From an uncultured Alphaproteobacteria bacterium (GTDB taxonomy: Bacteria; Pseudomonadota; Alphaproteobacteria; Rs-D84), in assembly GCA_944389595.1 (NCBI GenBank), contig CALXMY010000001.1, positions 169,532 to 233,531 on the forward strand: 64,000 nucleotides of DNA, in the 5' to 3' direction. Positions 21,437 to 31,918 of this stretch are shown one piece after another. How positions within the stretch are numbered: the first letter of the stretch is position 1; the number at the start of each line of letters is the position of its first letter. The translations under genes were made by a program, and so were the position numbers. The notes under the pieces are model-generated. The model was not told where the DNA came from and searched no databases. It saw only the letters and a program-made list of their open reading frames with translations.

Positions 21437-21994
21437 TTATCGTTTACGTGCGTTTTGTACGGCAACAATTATTACAGATTGTGCATTTTTTGCCGTGTTA
21501 AAATCATTTGCTTTATTCGTTTGAACGATTTGTATGCGCGGACGTTTCTTTTTAGGCTTTGGTGCTAAAACTGCATTTTCTGGTTCATAATTTTTATGTG
21601 TATATTTGTACTTTTCACATATGTATTTTATATGATTGGAATTATAAAATAATTTATTTGTTAATTCATCCGCCGCATCCGAACGGGTCGCAAATTTGCC
21701 GCTTTTAAATGAATAACATGCGATATAATCCGCCATTCCATTTATTAATTTTTTCAAAAATTTTAAACTTTTTGAATTTACCGCGAATTTAATAAATTCT
21801 TCGGTTTTTTTGATAACCAAAGCCTCCACCGCAGGGTTATAAGGTAATATATTACGCCATTCGTCACCAATATCGGTATTAATAGAATGCATATATCCGT
21901 AATTTTTCTTTATATCATTTATAATACCCAAACGCCATGCACGAAATAAACGTGTTCCTTTGGCGCGCATTTCTTCTTTGCTCTTTTTGCCCAT
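21437..21994 (-). CDS. basic hypothetical protein, C-terminus ...VQNARKR
   Basis: AAAGGGG SD; own TTGACA promoter; AT-rich; contains KPKKKRPR (NLS-like). Confidence 0.7.
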   Translation of the reverse strand: MGKKSKEEMRAKGTRLFRAWRLGIINDIKKNYGYMHSINTDIGDEWRNILPYNPAVEALVIKKTEEFIKFAVNSKSLKFLKKLINGMADYIACYSFKSGKFATRSDAADELTNKLFYNSNHIKYICEKYKYTHKNYEPENAVLAPKPKKKRPRIQIVQTNKANDFNTAKNAQSVIIVAVQNARKR

Positions 21995-22065
21995 ATTGAC
22001 CCCTTTGTATGTTCATTTTGGAATAAATCTGACCCTATATTATGTAATACAAATATGGTGTTTTG

Positions 22066-22809
22066 TCAATATTTGTTTTTTGAATCGCGCAATTTATAAT
22101 ATTCCCACATTGCGATTGGCGCAATATCTGTCAGGCGCATTTTTCTGCGCACCCAAAATATTCCAAAAAATTCGCGTCGCAGTGACCCAAACCCAGAATA
22201 TTCCCAATCAATAATGCCTGTGATTTTCATAGTATCCGGGTCAACCAAAATATTACTGCACATATCACCGTGCACCATACCGGTATCATTCGGGTCGCCA
22301 TCAATGGGACGCATGTCGTCCAATTCAGGCAACCGCGCATTAAACAGGGTATATATAATTTGCCCCAATGATTGTCCGATTTCGTCCCTGTGGGCCAGAA
22401 TTTTTTTCATTGGCAAATCCAATAAAATACGTCCCGGGATAAATTCAGTCGAATACACTGTGTATTCATCAATTTGAAAAATATCAATATGCGGCACCAT
22501 TATCGGCAAAATGGGCGCAATGGCATCAGTAATTCTTTTTTCGCGATTAAAACGTTGCACAGAATCATCGCGCTGGTGAAATTTGCGAATTTTAAACACG
22601 CGCCCACCTACGATGAACGCCAAACTGCCACCACCCTTGGCCAGGCGAAAATGTTTCCAATCTAAATCCGGGAAAGTTCTGCGTAATGCGTTCAGTTTAT
22701 CGCCGTATCCGAACAATTTTTCATCGCGCACCCATTGCCGCCATTTGTGCACAGGTATGCAAAACGACAAAGCCCACAATGTGCCAAAAAATTGTTTCCA
22801 CGGTGCCAT
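22066..22809 (-). CDS. aminoglycoside phosphotransferase (APH)/choline kinase family protein
   Basis: GGGS loop, VHGD and GIIDWE motifs. Confidence 0.85.
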   Translation of the reverse strand: MAPWKQFFGTLWALSFCIPVHKWRQWVRDEKLFGYGDKLNALRRTFPDLDWKHFRLAKGGGSLAFIVGGRVFKIRKFHQRDDSVQRFNREKRITDAIAPILPIMVPHIDIFQIDEYTVYSTEFIPGRILLDLPMKKILAHRDEIGQSLGQIIYTLFNARLPELDDMRPIDGDPNDTGMVHGDMCSNILVDPDTMKITGIIDWEYSGFGSLRREFFGIFWVRRKMRLTDIAPIAMWEYYKLRDSKNKY

Positions 22810-22859
22810 GATGTACAAATGGTATTGAAAAAAACAAAAAAAACAAGTATTTTATAACC

Positions 22860-25067
22860 ATGTTCAAAACGGGTGACGTTGTCAAAATTTTAATTCCAAA
22901 CGTTGTGAATGCGGGCTATGACTACCGATTAACCGCACCGGCCGATTTGGGAACGTTTGTCCGTGTCAGTGTAATGAACCGCCCGTATATTGGGGTTGTA
23001 TATGGGGTGGGGGACAGTAATCTGCCGCCCGAAAAAATCAAAAATACGATTGATGTTTTTCCCGAACATTTATCAGTTGCGGATTTACAGTGGATTCAAA
23101 AAATGTCCGCGTGGACATTGATGACCCCCGGCGCAGTACTGCGGTTAATCGTAAATGTGCCGGATGCTTTTTCGCCCCCGCGTATGGAACAATTATATAC
23201 TTATAACCCGGACACAAAAATTCGTATGACGGACGCGCGGCAATCTGTGGCGGACGCGTTTGCATCAAATGATAATGACGCAATGGGTGTATCTGATATT
23301 CAAAACATTGCACATGTCAGTGGCGCGGTTGTGCGTGGCATGGTTTCGCGTGGAATTTTGGTGCCAACTGGGACCCGTCGGTGTACACATGATTTTTCAA
23401 CGTATAAATATCATGATTTGGGCAATGTGCAATTAAATGCGGAACAGTCCGCCGCCGCATCGGAAATACGCAACTCGATTGATATGGGCGGCTTTTCGGC
23501 CTATTTATTGGACGGCATAACCGGCAGTGGCAAAACCCAGGTATATTTTGATGCTGCATGGCACGCATACAGCCGCGGGGAATCTGTGTTGCTGATGATG
23601 CCCGAAATCGCATTAACGGCGCAATTTATGTCGCGGTATGAAAAACGTTTTGGCGCGCCCCCTGTTGTATGGCACAGTAATTTAACCGCCGCACGCCGGC
23701 GCGAAATCTGGCGCGGTATTTTGCGTGGCGAAATTCGCATGGTTGTGGGAACGCGCAGCGCGCTGTTTTTGCCGTGGCAAAATTTGGGATTAATAGTTGT
23801 CGACGAAGAACATGACTCGTCATATAAACAGGAAGATATGGGAAATTACCACGCGCGTGATATGGCGGTGCTGCGTGCGAAAATTGCTGGTTTTCCCATT
23901 GTTTTGGCCAGTGCCACCCCATCGGCCGAAACATTGCAAAATGTGGCGGACGGAAAATATAAATGCCTGAAATTAACATCGCGTTTTGGTGGGGCATCGT
24001 TACCAAAAATCGAAACAATTGATATGCGCGAAAATCGCCCTGTGCAATATGAATTGTCAACGGATACCGATGATACACCACCGCACACGGGATTTTTATC
24101 GCCGGTGTTGTGTGATGCAATGCGTGAAACGTTGGATGCGGGACATCAAATAATGTTATTCATAAATCGTCGTGGTTTCGCCCCAATCGTTCAATGCAAA
24201 AAATGCGGATGGGTCGCCACATGTCCTGATTGCAGTGTGGGCATGACATACCATAAACATTTGGAAAAATTATTATGTCACATGTGTGGGCGAACAATGC
24301 CGATGCCGAATAAATGCCCAACATGCGGCGATGCTATTTCATATCGTGGTGCGGGCCTGGAAAAAATCCAAGAGGAAGTTACCGCCAAATTCCCATCTGC
24401 GCGCACGGCGTTGGTTTCCAGCGACACAATCATGTCGCGCCAGGCATTGGAACGCATTGTTCACAAAATGGAAAGTGGCGAAACAGACATTGTTATTGGC
24501 ACACAAATTTTGGCCAAAGGACACCATTTCCCAAACCTGACATTGGTTGGCGTGATTGATGCCGATATGGGATTGTTTGGCACCGATTTTCGTGCGGCCG
24601 AACACACGTTTCAACAATTATTCCAGGTCGCCGGTCGTGCGGGGCGCGGTGATTCGCCTGGGCGGGTGTTATTACAGACGTATCAACCGGACAATCCGGT
24701 ATTGAAATCGATATGTAATGGCAATCGCGATGCGTTTATGGCGGCCGACATGGCGGCACGGCGCGCGGCAAAAATGCCACCATATGGGCAATTGATCGCG
24801 CTGGTCATAGAGGCAAACAAAGAATCCGTATTGAAAAAATTTTGTGCCGAATTGGCCGCGCAATCACCGACGGCCGGGGGGGTAAAGATATTGGGCCCAA
24901 TTGCGGCACAAATTTATCAGGTTCGCAATTGGTATCGTATGCGATTTTTGGTTGCGGGCGATGCGCGCGCGATGCTGCAGCCATTTGTTGCGCATTGGAT
25001 TGGTAAAATTCGTATTCCGGCAAATGTTCGGGTAAAAATTGATGTAAATCCCCAAAATTTTATGTAG
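22860..25067 (+). CDS. priA: primosomal protein N'
   Basis: GITGSGKT, DEEH, Cys-rich zinc region and QVAGRAGR. Confidence 0.98.
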   Translation: MFKTGDVVKILIPNVVNAGYDYRLTAPADLGTFVRVSVMNRPYIGVVYGVGDSNLPPEKIKNTIDVFPEHLSVADLQWIQKMSAWTLMTPGAVLRLIVNVPDAFSPPRMEQLYTYNPDTKIRMTDARQSVADAFASNDNDAMGVSDIQNIAHVSGAVVRGMVSRGILVPTGTRRCTHDFSTYKYHDLGNVQLNAEQSAAASEIRNSIDMGGFSAYLLDGITGSGKTQVYFDAAWHAYSRGESVLLMMPEIALTAQFMSRYEKRFGAPPVVWHSNLTAARRREIWRGILRGEIRMVVGTRSALFLPWQNLGLIVVDEEHDSSYKQEDMGNYHARDMAVLRAKIAGFPIVLASATPSAETLQNVADGKYKCLKLTSRFGGASLPKIETIDMRENRPVQYELSTDTDDTPPHTGFLSPVLCDAMRETLDAGHQIMLFINRRGFAPIVQCKKCGWVATCPDCSVGMTYHKHLEKLLCHMCGRTMPMPNKCPTCGDAISYRGAGLEKIQEEVTAKFPSARTALVSSDTIMSRQALERIVHKMESGETDIVIGTQILAKGHHFPNLTLVGVIDADMGLFGTDFRAAEHTFQQLFQVAGRAGRGDSPGRVLLQTYQPDNPVLKSICNGNRDAFMAADMAARRAAKMPPYGQLIALVIEANKESVLKKFCAELAAQSPTAGGVKILGPIAAQIYQVRNWYRMRFLVAGDARAMLQPFVAHWIGKIRIPANVRVKIDVNPQNFM

Positions 25068-25140
25068 GCTGATTGGCTTGAATATCAAAATATTTTGTAA
25101 TATAATTACAGTAATAACATAAAACAACAGGGGGGAAATT

Positions 25141-25467
25141 ATGGAAATAATGGAAATAATTTTGGCATTTTTAATGATATTTTGCATAGTTACCATATGC
25201 GTCGCATTTTTATCAATTCCAATTATGATTGCGAATGCGCGCGGAATATGTGGTAATGAAAAAACAATAATAACGGTTTTATCGATATTGGGAATTTTCT
25301 TTGGCCTGACATGGGTGATTGCATTGATATTGTCATTAATTTGGACCGGTGATAATACAGATGGCGATAATTTGGATAAATTGGAAAAATTGGCCCGCCT
25401 GTACAAGGACAAGGTTATAACCAAAACCGAATATGAACGTATGAAGGCTAAATTACTGCGTGAATAA
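25141..25467 (+). CDS. superinfection-immunity-like membrane protein with C-terminal SHOCT domain
   Basis: FLSIPIMIA..R...GIFFGLTWVIALI (Imm-like) followed by LEKLARLYKDKVITKTEYERMKAKLL (SHOCT). Confidence 0.75.
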   Translation: MEIMEIILAFLMIFCIVTICVAFLSIPIMIANARGICGNEKTIITVLSILGIFFGLTWVIALILSLIWTGDNTDGDNLDKLEKLARLYKDKVITKTEYERMKAKLLRE

Positions 25468-25493
25468 AAAACGTCCCATTTGGGGCGTTTTAT

Positions 25494-25706
25494 TTATCTG
25501 GATTTTTGTTTTCGATGTTTGGTAACTAACATAAATAAACTGATAATATCATCCAACAGAGTTTTTTTGTTTAGCAATTCTATTTCGCGCTGTTCGGCCA
25601 ATCGAATTTTATATTGTTCATAGGTCTTTAATTCTTTGTCAATATTATTATTTCTGATACGAGTGCTTGGATTAGTAATGCATAACGGTTCTTCTTTCAT
25701 AAGCAT
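25494..25706 (-). CDS. small hypothetical protein, C-terminus ...KHRKQKSR
   Basis: AAAGGGGG SD; lies directly downstream of the VirB11-like gene. Confidence 0.55.
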   Translation of the reverse strand: MLMKEEPLCITNPSTRIRNNNIDKELKTYEQYKIRLAEQREIELLNKKTLLDDIISLFMLVTKHRKQKSR

Positions 25707-25725
25707 ACCCCCTTTGTGATAAGCA

Positions 25726-26685
25726 TTATACCACTTCTGTTACCGCGCGCAAGGCCCCATCACGTGATAATTGCACGACCCGGATTTTTTTCTTCATTTC
25801 TGCGATTAAATCGGTGCGGTCATATGCGGGCTGGGTATGTAAAATACGGTCGGCAAAGGCGGCGTATGCGGCCTCTGCACTTTCGGCGTGAATTGTTGTA
25901 TAAAAATGGTCGTGTCCGGTCCCCAACATTTCCCACAAAACCGCGGCATTATCGGTTGAAATTTCGCCGCCAATAATAACATCAGGGGTCATGCGGACAA
26001 CCAAATCCAATAAACGTGCGTAATTAAAATCATTTGTTTGTTCGGTTCGTGACAAAATAAAATGTATCCGATTTGGTTGTGGCACGCGAATTTCACGCGC
26101 GTCTTCGACGGTTATCACGCGACTGTTTTGATCAATTAATGTTAACATATGATTTAAAAATGTTGTTTTACCAGTCGCCGTGGCACCACTGATTAATATG
26201 GGACTGCCATCGTTTATGGCACTCATTAATCGGTCATATGGATCATCAGGACGTACAGATTCACGTGGTTTAACCTTTAACAATTTTTGACCACGTTTTA
26301 AATGATAATTTTCAAATGATGTATCCGGCGCGGATGTACCGCGAATATTTAACGCCACGCCGCCGGTTATATCGCGGTCGTCATATTGCACATTGGGCCC
26401 CGCAATCGCGGTAAAACGATGATTCCCGGGCAATGTTGCATATACCACAGGCATCCCATGTATTGGGTCAAATGGTCGTTCATAAATATTTGCAACCGTG
26501 TGAATTAAATCAACCAGGTATTGTTTGGTTAAAATATCGGCATTATACGCAACCCATGGCACACGCGCCCCGTGCAGCCGCATCCATACTTCGCCCGCAT
26601 GGTTTATGGCGATTTCTTCTACAAACGATGGTTTATAGAATTCCTCTAGTGGTTTTAACAAAGATTCCAAAACAACATTTGACAT
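25726..26685 (-). CDS. virB11: VirB11-like type IV secretion ATPase
   Basis: EEIAINHAGEVW, ISGATATGKTT, TVEDAREI, RMTPDVIIGGEI, GH and TTIHA motifs. Confidence 0.8.
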   Translation of the reverse strand: MSNVVLESLLKPLEEFYKPSFVEEIAINHAGEVWMRLHGARVPWVAYNADILTKQYLVDLIHTVANIYERPFDPIHGMPVVYATLPGNHRFTAIAGPNVQYDDRDITGGVALNIRGTSAPDTSFENYHLKRGQKLLKVKPRESVRPDDPYDRLMSAINDGSPILISGATATGKTTFLNHMLTLIDQNSRVITVEDAREIRVPQPNRIHFILSRTEQTNDFNYARLLDLVVRMTPDVIIGGEISTDNAAVLWEMLGTGHDHFYTTIHAESAEAAYAAFADRILHTQPAYDRTDLIAEMKKKIRVVQLSRDGALRAVTEVV

Positions 26686-26761
26686 CAAAATAATTTTATC
26701 ACAAATCGTGACTTGAATCAAAATGCTTTATTTGATAAAATTACAAAAAAGAGAGATAAAA

Positions 26762-27325
26762 ATGAAAAAAACTTTGCTGTTTATGCTGTGTTCTGTATTT
26801 ATGTTGGGGGCGTGTGCCACCGATACGGATATGCCATACAATGCGGACGATTTTGCCCAGGGTGGTGCCGATGCGCCATTGTATAACGAACGAACCAGTA
26901 CATTTATGCAATCGGAAAACCAATATTCCAATATTGATTCGTACAAGCCAAAAACTGATGCAGAAAAAGAGGCCAGTAACAACCGTTGGAACACATCGCG
27001 TATGGAAACCCGTTGGCAGGAATATCGTGGCACCATGGTGCGCGTACAAATTCTGTTGGGGAATACCGATTTGCGTGAAATGCGGTTGCGTTTGATACAA
27101 AACGCCGATGGCATGGATATTGATGGCGATGCCCGCACCGTATTGGCCAAGGTTGCAGATTATGAAATGAAACGCATATGTGGTCGTAACGCGGACAGTA
27201 TTGTAATGGTATACGATCGTCCATCATTTGATGTCATGCGGCCAACACCATATTTTGATTACCGGGTAGAGGCCGAGGGATCAACCATGCGTGAATATGG
27301 GTTCAGATGCGTGTATAATAATTAA
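26762..27325 (+). CDS. lipoprotein of unknown function
   Basis: MKKTLL...LGAC lipobox. Confidence 0.75.
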   Translation: MKKTLLFMLCSVFMLGACATDTDMPYNADDFAQGGADAPLYNERTSTFMQSENQYSNIDSYKPKTDAEKEASNNRWNTSRMETRWQEYRGTMVRVQILLGNTDLREMRLRLIQNADGMDIDGDARTVLAKVADYEMKRICGRNADSIVMVYDRPSFDVMRPTPYFDYRVEAEGSTMREYGFRCVYNN

Positions 27326-27360
27326 CAATAAACAAATATTAAAATACGGAGGATGAAGTA

Positions 27361-27690
27361 ATGAAAAAATTATTTTCTGCATTTGCGATTTGTGGTGCAA
27401 TGTTTTTGACCGCGTGTGACAGCAATGCCGGCGCACAAAATGGTGATACGGTTGTGATTGATTTCGCCGGGTACAAGGATGGTGTCGCATTTGATGGTGG
27501 CACCGCGACAAATTTCCCACTGGTTTTGGGCAGCGGTCAATTCGTCCCCGGGTTCGAAGAACAATTGATTGGTATGGAGCAGGGCGAAACACGTGATATT
27601 AATATCACATTCCCGGAAAATTATTATCCCGAATTGGCGGGCCAGGATGTCGTGTTTACGGTTACTGTTAATGAAATTGTAAAAAAATAA
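27361..27690 (+). CDS. FKBP-type peptidyl-prolyl isomerase lipoprotein (trigger-factor FKBP-like)
   Basis: Lipobox LTAC; GDTVVIDF.G...AFDGG...LGSGQFVPGFEEQLIG...FPENY. Confidence 0.9.
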   Translation: MKKLFSAFAICGAMFLTACDSNAGAQNGDTVVIDFAGYKDGVAFDGGTATNFPLVLGSGQFVPGFEEQLIGMEQGETRDINITFPENYYPELAGQDVVFTVTVNEIVKK

Positions 27691-27695
27691 AATTT

Positions 27696-27727
27696 AATCC
27701 CCCGCGTTATGCGGGGGATTTTTTTTT
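27696..27727. terminator. intrinsic terminator at the left edge of the phage-like cluster
   Basis: AATCCCCCGC-GTTAT-GCGGGGGATT followed by a T run. Confidence 0.8.
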
Positions 27728-27992
27728 AATTTGTTTTTATAACTGCACTTTTTATTAATGCAATATCTTCGCGTATAGTATCTATTTTAATTTGTATTTG
27801 GCCCAATCCGGTTTCCAATATTGTTGTACGGTTTTCCAATGACGTTATACGATTATTTGCGCGCGCCAAATCATCCAGTGACGAATCCTGGCGGGCGGCC
27901 CAATATATTACCCCCGCAATAAACGCAATCAGAAACCAACTGTTACGCAAAAAATCCAAAAAATTCATTGGGCCATATGGTCGAGTTGTCAT
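27726..27992 (-). CDS. small single-TM/coiled-coil protein (holin/XhlA-like accessory)
   Basis: One TM helix then a coiled coil; last gene of the portal operon. Confidence 0.55.
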   Translation of the reverse strand: MTTRPYGPMNFLDFLRNSWFLIAFIAGVIYWAARQDSSLDDLARANNRITSLENRTTILETGLGQIQIKIDTIREDIALIKSAVIKTN

Positions 27993-28183
27993 TATTTACC
28001 CCGTTCAATCAGGCTTTCTATTTGGTGAACCAATGCGCGTTGGGCCTCGATTCCGCGCAGTTCAGCATCTGTTGCGTTCGGGCCAACTGTGCGTTCAATG
28101 GTTATTTTGCGCAAATGGCGCATAACCGCCGCGCCGGATGCACTTAAAAAAGTACGTGCATAATTTTGTTCTAATTCCTTCAT
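27992..28183 (-). CDS. Bbp19-like phage protein
   Basis: YARTF....GAAVMRHLR......ELRGIEAQRALV pattern; located directly after the portal, as in podovirus head modules. Confidence 0.75.
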   Translation of the reverse strand: MKELEQNYARTFLSASGAAVMRHLRKITIERTVGPNATDAELRGIEAQRALVHQIESLIERGK

Positions 28184-28200
28184 TTGTTTTTCCCCCTGGG

Positions 28201-29424
28201 TTATAATATTGTTTCCGCCACCGCCATTTTTGTGATTGGTGCGATATATTTTAATTCCGCATCACTGTGCAATGATATTTTGTCGATAATTCCACGTCGT
28301 GATAAAATTTGTAACCCACGTTCCACCAACGGATGTATAAATTCATGCAGTAATCGTCCATATGTTGCGCCCAAAATTCGCATCATATCCGCATTACGTG
28401 CCAATATTTCCGTGGCGGTCATTTCTTTTTCACTTAACAGTCCCAATCTGTCGGCCAGTAATGTATGCCGAATGCGTTCGCGTAAATCTTTTAATACAAT
28501 TTGTGATACGTCAAAATTTGCGCCCGACGACAGCGGTGTCAATCCCGATGACCCAACGGCCTTTGGTATAATTGCACCCGGCGTTAAATTGATGTTTGAC
28601 AGATTAATAACCCCGTCATCATCGGCCTGCCATATGCCCGATACCGCAATAGTTGCATTTTTCAGCACCAATTCCACGACTTTGTTCGCGGTTTTTATAT
28701 CAGGCAATGCGCGCAACACCGGTCCGCGTCCGTATTGTTCGCCACTGGCCACGGACCACCGGAATATAATGTACGGATTTGTTTCAAACTTTCCCGTGGA
28801 CACGATATTATTTTCAATGTCGCCACCAACATCCAACCATGCCGTGAAGTCAGTCCCAATCAACGATTGCACCAATCGCAATGGTGTATCTGGGTTGTTT
28901 TTTATTGTGTCGCGCATATCAGACGGTGGTGTCCATGATGGGTATTTTTCCATTACTTCGTATGCGGGCATTGTTGCCGTATGAAACACTGCGCCCGGCA
29001 ATACGGCAATATCATGCATTGGAATCGCAGTAAACGAAAACGCAGATGCTGCGCCAATTGGATTTTCTGCCATAAACAGACATGCTGTACCCAATACGAT
29101 TAAATCCATATAGCATTGATGAATTGTTGTATAAAAATTAGAATCGTTCAAATTTGCGCGTAATGCCGCTGTTGCGGCAATCGCATCGGGTGATTTTTCA
29201 CTTTCGGGCACCAATGATAACCATAATGATTCCGGTGGTGTTAACAGTGTATAAATTGATGCGGCCAAATTGTCCGCGGCATCCGATGCGGTTGCATCAA
29301 ACAGTGTTGCAACATCGTTGTCTGATGTGGGAACAGTATATCGCAGTGCACTGTCCCAGCGTGCAATCCATGGTGCGCGCATGTCCAACGCACGGCGATA
29401 CATTTGTTGCAAATTATATTTCAT
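28201..29424 (-). CDS. portal protein (T7-like head-to-tail connector family)
   Basis: LFDATA..AA..LAA, LGTACL, RW....GE.YGRGP...ALPDIKTAN and MTATEI..R motifs. Confidence 0.92.
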   Translation of the reverse strand: MKYNLQQMYRRALDMRAPWIARWDSALRYTVPTSDNDVATLFDATASDAADNLAASIYTLLTPPESLWLSLVPESEKSPDAIAATAALRANLNDSNFYTTIHQCYMDLIVLGTACLFMAENPIGAASAFSFTAIPMHDIAVLPGAVFHTATMPAYEVMEKYPSWTPPSDMRDTIKNNPDTPLRLVQSLIGTDFTAWLDVGGDIENNIVSTGKFETNPYIIFRWSVASGEQYGRGPVLRALPDIKTANKVVELVLKNATIAVSGIWQADDDGVINLSNINLTPGAIIPKAVGSSGLTPLSSGANFDVSQIVLKDLRERIRHTLLADRLGLLSEKEMTATEILARNADMMRILGATYGRLLHEFIHPLVERGLQILSRRGIIDKISLHSDAELKYIAPITKMAVAETIL

Positions 29425-29447
29425 GATTTTAATCTCCCTTGGTTTTC

Positions 29448-30296
29448 TTATATTTTGAAATCGGTATTTGCTGAAAATAACTTCTGGTTAAAACCTGTTG
29501 GATGTACGGGTATCGGCATGGCGCATATTGCGCCCGCCAACGCATCCAATCCGTCATCGTGCATGCCACCACCAATCGGGGCCCAGCCCAACATTTCTGA
29601 AATCAGTGGGGTTGATTGTATTCGCACATGCGCATACATACGCCCAGATGTCAGAATCGGTTCAATGGCATCCAAAATCCTGGTTTCTTTGTTTTTTGTG
29701 TTTGTAATTCTGTTTATGGTTATTGTCATATTGCGGTGTGTTGATACATCGCGCATAATTTCTGGCAGTGCGTTTCCGATACCATTTGTTTCAATACTTA
29801 TTCGACGTATACCGTGATGGGCCATAAAATTTAATACTGTATCACATTGTCGTGCCAATGGATGTAATTCGTCGTCCGAAACCAATAAATACAGCACATC
29901 ATGAATAAATACGCATCTGTTTTTATCATCGCGGTACAATAATACGCATACGCTGCCATCAGAATTTTTATGTCCTGTGGATGGGTCCCAATAAATTGTG
30001 GCACCTGTAATCTTTGTGTTGCCAATTCGTGCAGTTCGTGCATCAAATTCCCCATTATACAGATGCAATGCGTCTGGATCCAAACGCGCCCTGTCAGGGG
30101 CGATAAAATCCAACATCATTTGTGCCGAAAAATATCGTGTGCCAACCATATCGCGAATTTCATTAATGCGCGTAATTGGAAACATTTCTGGCCACACGGG
30201 TTCGCCATCTGCGGAAATTATGGGAATTTTTAATTCACGATATCCGCGTAAAAAAGGCGTTGAAAAACTAAAATTTTTATATACCATATCTGACAT
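29448..30296 (-). CDS. terminase large subunit, C-terminal nuclease half
   Basis: PFL...WPEMF, FSAQMML, YWDPS, IETNGIG, KETRI and HDDGLDALAGA; GGGG SD on the minus strand inside dnaB codons. Confidence 0.85.
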   Translation of the reverse strand: MSDMVYKNFSFSTPFLRGYRELKIPIISADGEPVWPEMFPITRINEIRDMVGTRYFSAQMMLDFIAPDRARLDPDALHLYNGEFDARTARIGNTKITGATIYWDPSTGHKNSDGSVCVLLYRDDKNRCVFIHDVLYLLVSDDELHPLARQCDTVLNFMAHHGIRRISIETNGIGNALPEIMRDVSTHRNMTITINRITNTKNKETRILDAIEPILTSGRMYAHVRIQSTPLISEMLGWAPIGGGMHDDGLDALAGAICAMPIPVHPTGFNQKLFSANTDFKI

Positions 30297-31851
30297 GGAC
30301 TTTACCCCAAAGACTTTGCCAACAAATTTAGAGGCCGAACAGGCCGTTTTGGCCGCGGTGTTAATGAATAACCGTGCGCTGGAACGTGTGTCCGAATTTT
30401 TGCGGGCGGAACATTTTTCGCATCCTGCACACCAGGAAATTTACAAATTGGCCGAACGGCAATTTGCCGCCGGAATACCGTTTGATATCATCACCGCCAA
30501 AAATTATTTGGATCAACAGGGCGTATTGGAATCCGTGGGCGGTGTGGAATATTTAACCCAATTGGCATCTGCGGGCGCGACGGTTGTTAATGTTGAACAA
30601 TACGGTCGTATTGTTTATGAAAACGCGATGCGGCGCGAATTGATAAATTTGGGTCAATCCATAACCGATGCCGCATTTGTCGAGGATTTGGATAATCCTG
30701 TTTCCGCGCAAATCGAAACTGCCGAACAAAAATTGTTTGAAATGGCATCGGCCGGTGTTTCTGAACGTGATGTTGCATCAATTGGCACCGCGTTACAGGA
30801 TGCATTAAAAGAGGCCGAAATCGCATACAAGGCAGATGGCCGATTATCTGGTTTAACAACCGGATTAAACGCGTTGGATAAATCAATCAGTGGTTTGCAT
30901 CACAGTGATTTAATTATTATTGCCGGCCGTCCTGCAATGGGAAAAACAACATTGGCAATGAATATTGCGTTTAATGCGGCAAACGCGATTCAATTCGGGC
31001 GTGCAAATGAACGCTATCGCGGGGCGGTGGTATTTTTCAGTTTGGAAATGTCAAAATCTCAATTGGCGGCGCGCGTATTGTCATCGCAATCTAAAATACC
31101 TGCATCCGCCATGCGCGAGGGTTCATTAACCGACGAAGATTTTTTGAAAATGTCCCAATATGCGGACGCAATTGGCAAAGTTCCATTATTTATTGATGAT
31201 ACACCCGGGATGTCAGTGCCAATGATTCGCACCCGTGCGCGCCGTTTGGCGCGAAAATGCGGCGGTATCGCATTAATTGTGATTGATTATTTGCAATTAA
31301 TGACATCGCCCGGTGGCCGGAACAAGGATAACCGTGTCCAGGAAATATCTGAAATCACACGTGGGTTAAAAATGTTGGCCAAGGAATTGGATGTTCCTGT
31401 TATTGCATTGTCGCAATTGTCGCGCAGTGTCGAATCACGTGATGATAAACGGCCCCAGTTATCGGATTTGCGTGAATCGGGTTCAATTGAACAGGATGCT
31501 GATATTGTCATGTTCACCTATCGCGAGGAATATTATCTGGAAAACCGTGATCCGTCACAGCGTATTTCCGGTAACGCAAATGAAAAAATAATCGAAAGTT
31601 TTCAAAAGCGGTTGGAGCGCGCACGTGGCAAGGCCGACGTTATAATCGGTAAAAACCGTCATGGTCGCCCGGAAACTGTTCATTTGGCATTCTTTGGCGA
31701 TTACAGTTTGTTTGATAATCTGGATGAAATGAATGCGCGTGGTGAAAATGATTTTGGTAATGTGCCGCCCGCACAATCAATTCCGGATGATGGCGAAATG
31801 GAACCAACACCAATTGATGTTGATGCGATTCCGGACGATATGCCACTGTAA
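30295..31851 (+). CDS. dnaB: replicative DNA helicase
   Basis: Start MDFTPKTLPTNLEAEQAVL; AGRPAMGKT, FSLEMS, IDYLQL, LSQLSR and DLRESGSIEQDAD. Confidence 0.96.
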   Translation: MDFTPKTLPTNLEAEQAVLAAVLMNNRALERVSEFLRAEHFSHPAHQEIYKLAERQFAAGIPFDIITAKNYLDQQGVLESVGGVEYLTQLASAGATVVNVEQYGRIVYENAMRRELINLGQSITDAAFVEDLDNPVSAQIETAEQKLFEMASAGVSERDVASIGTALQDALKEAEIAYKADGRLSGLTTGLNALDKSISGLHHSDLIIIAGRPAMGKTTLAMNIAFNAANAIQFGRANERYRGAVVFFSLEMSKSQLAARVLSSQSKIPASAMREGSLTDEDFLKMSQYADAIGKVPLFIDDTPGMSVPMIRTRARRLARKCGGIALIVIDYLQLMTSPGGRNKDNRVQEISEITRGLKMLAKELDVPVIALSQLSRSVESRDDKRPQLSDLRESGSIEQDADIVMFTYREEYYLENRDPSQRISGNANEKIIESFQKRLERARGKADVIIGKNRHGRPETVHLAFFGDYSLFDNLDEMNARGENDFGNVPPAQSIPDDGEMEPTPIDVDAIPDDMPL

Positions 31852-31918
31852 TTATTTTCTGCTTGCCAATTCTGTTTATTTTGACTAAAATTTTGTCAAG
31901 AAATTCAAGGAGATTGCG

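Noticed and set aside
22066-22809. Antibiotic resistance gene
   Set aside because: Only generic APH/kinase motifs are present; the substrate cannot be inferred from sequence.
29998-30294. N-terminal extension of DnaB in the ORF track (617 aa)
   Set aside because: It is the antisense shadow of terL-C; DnaB homology starts at MDFTPK (30295).
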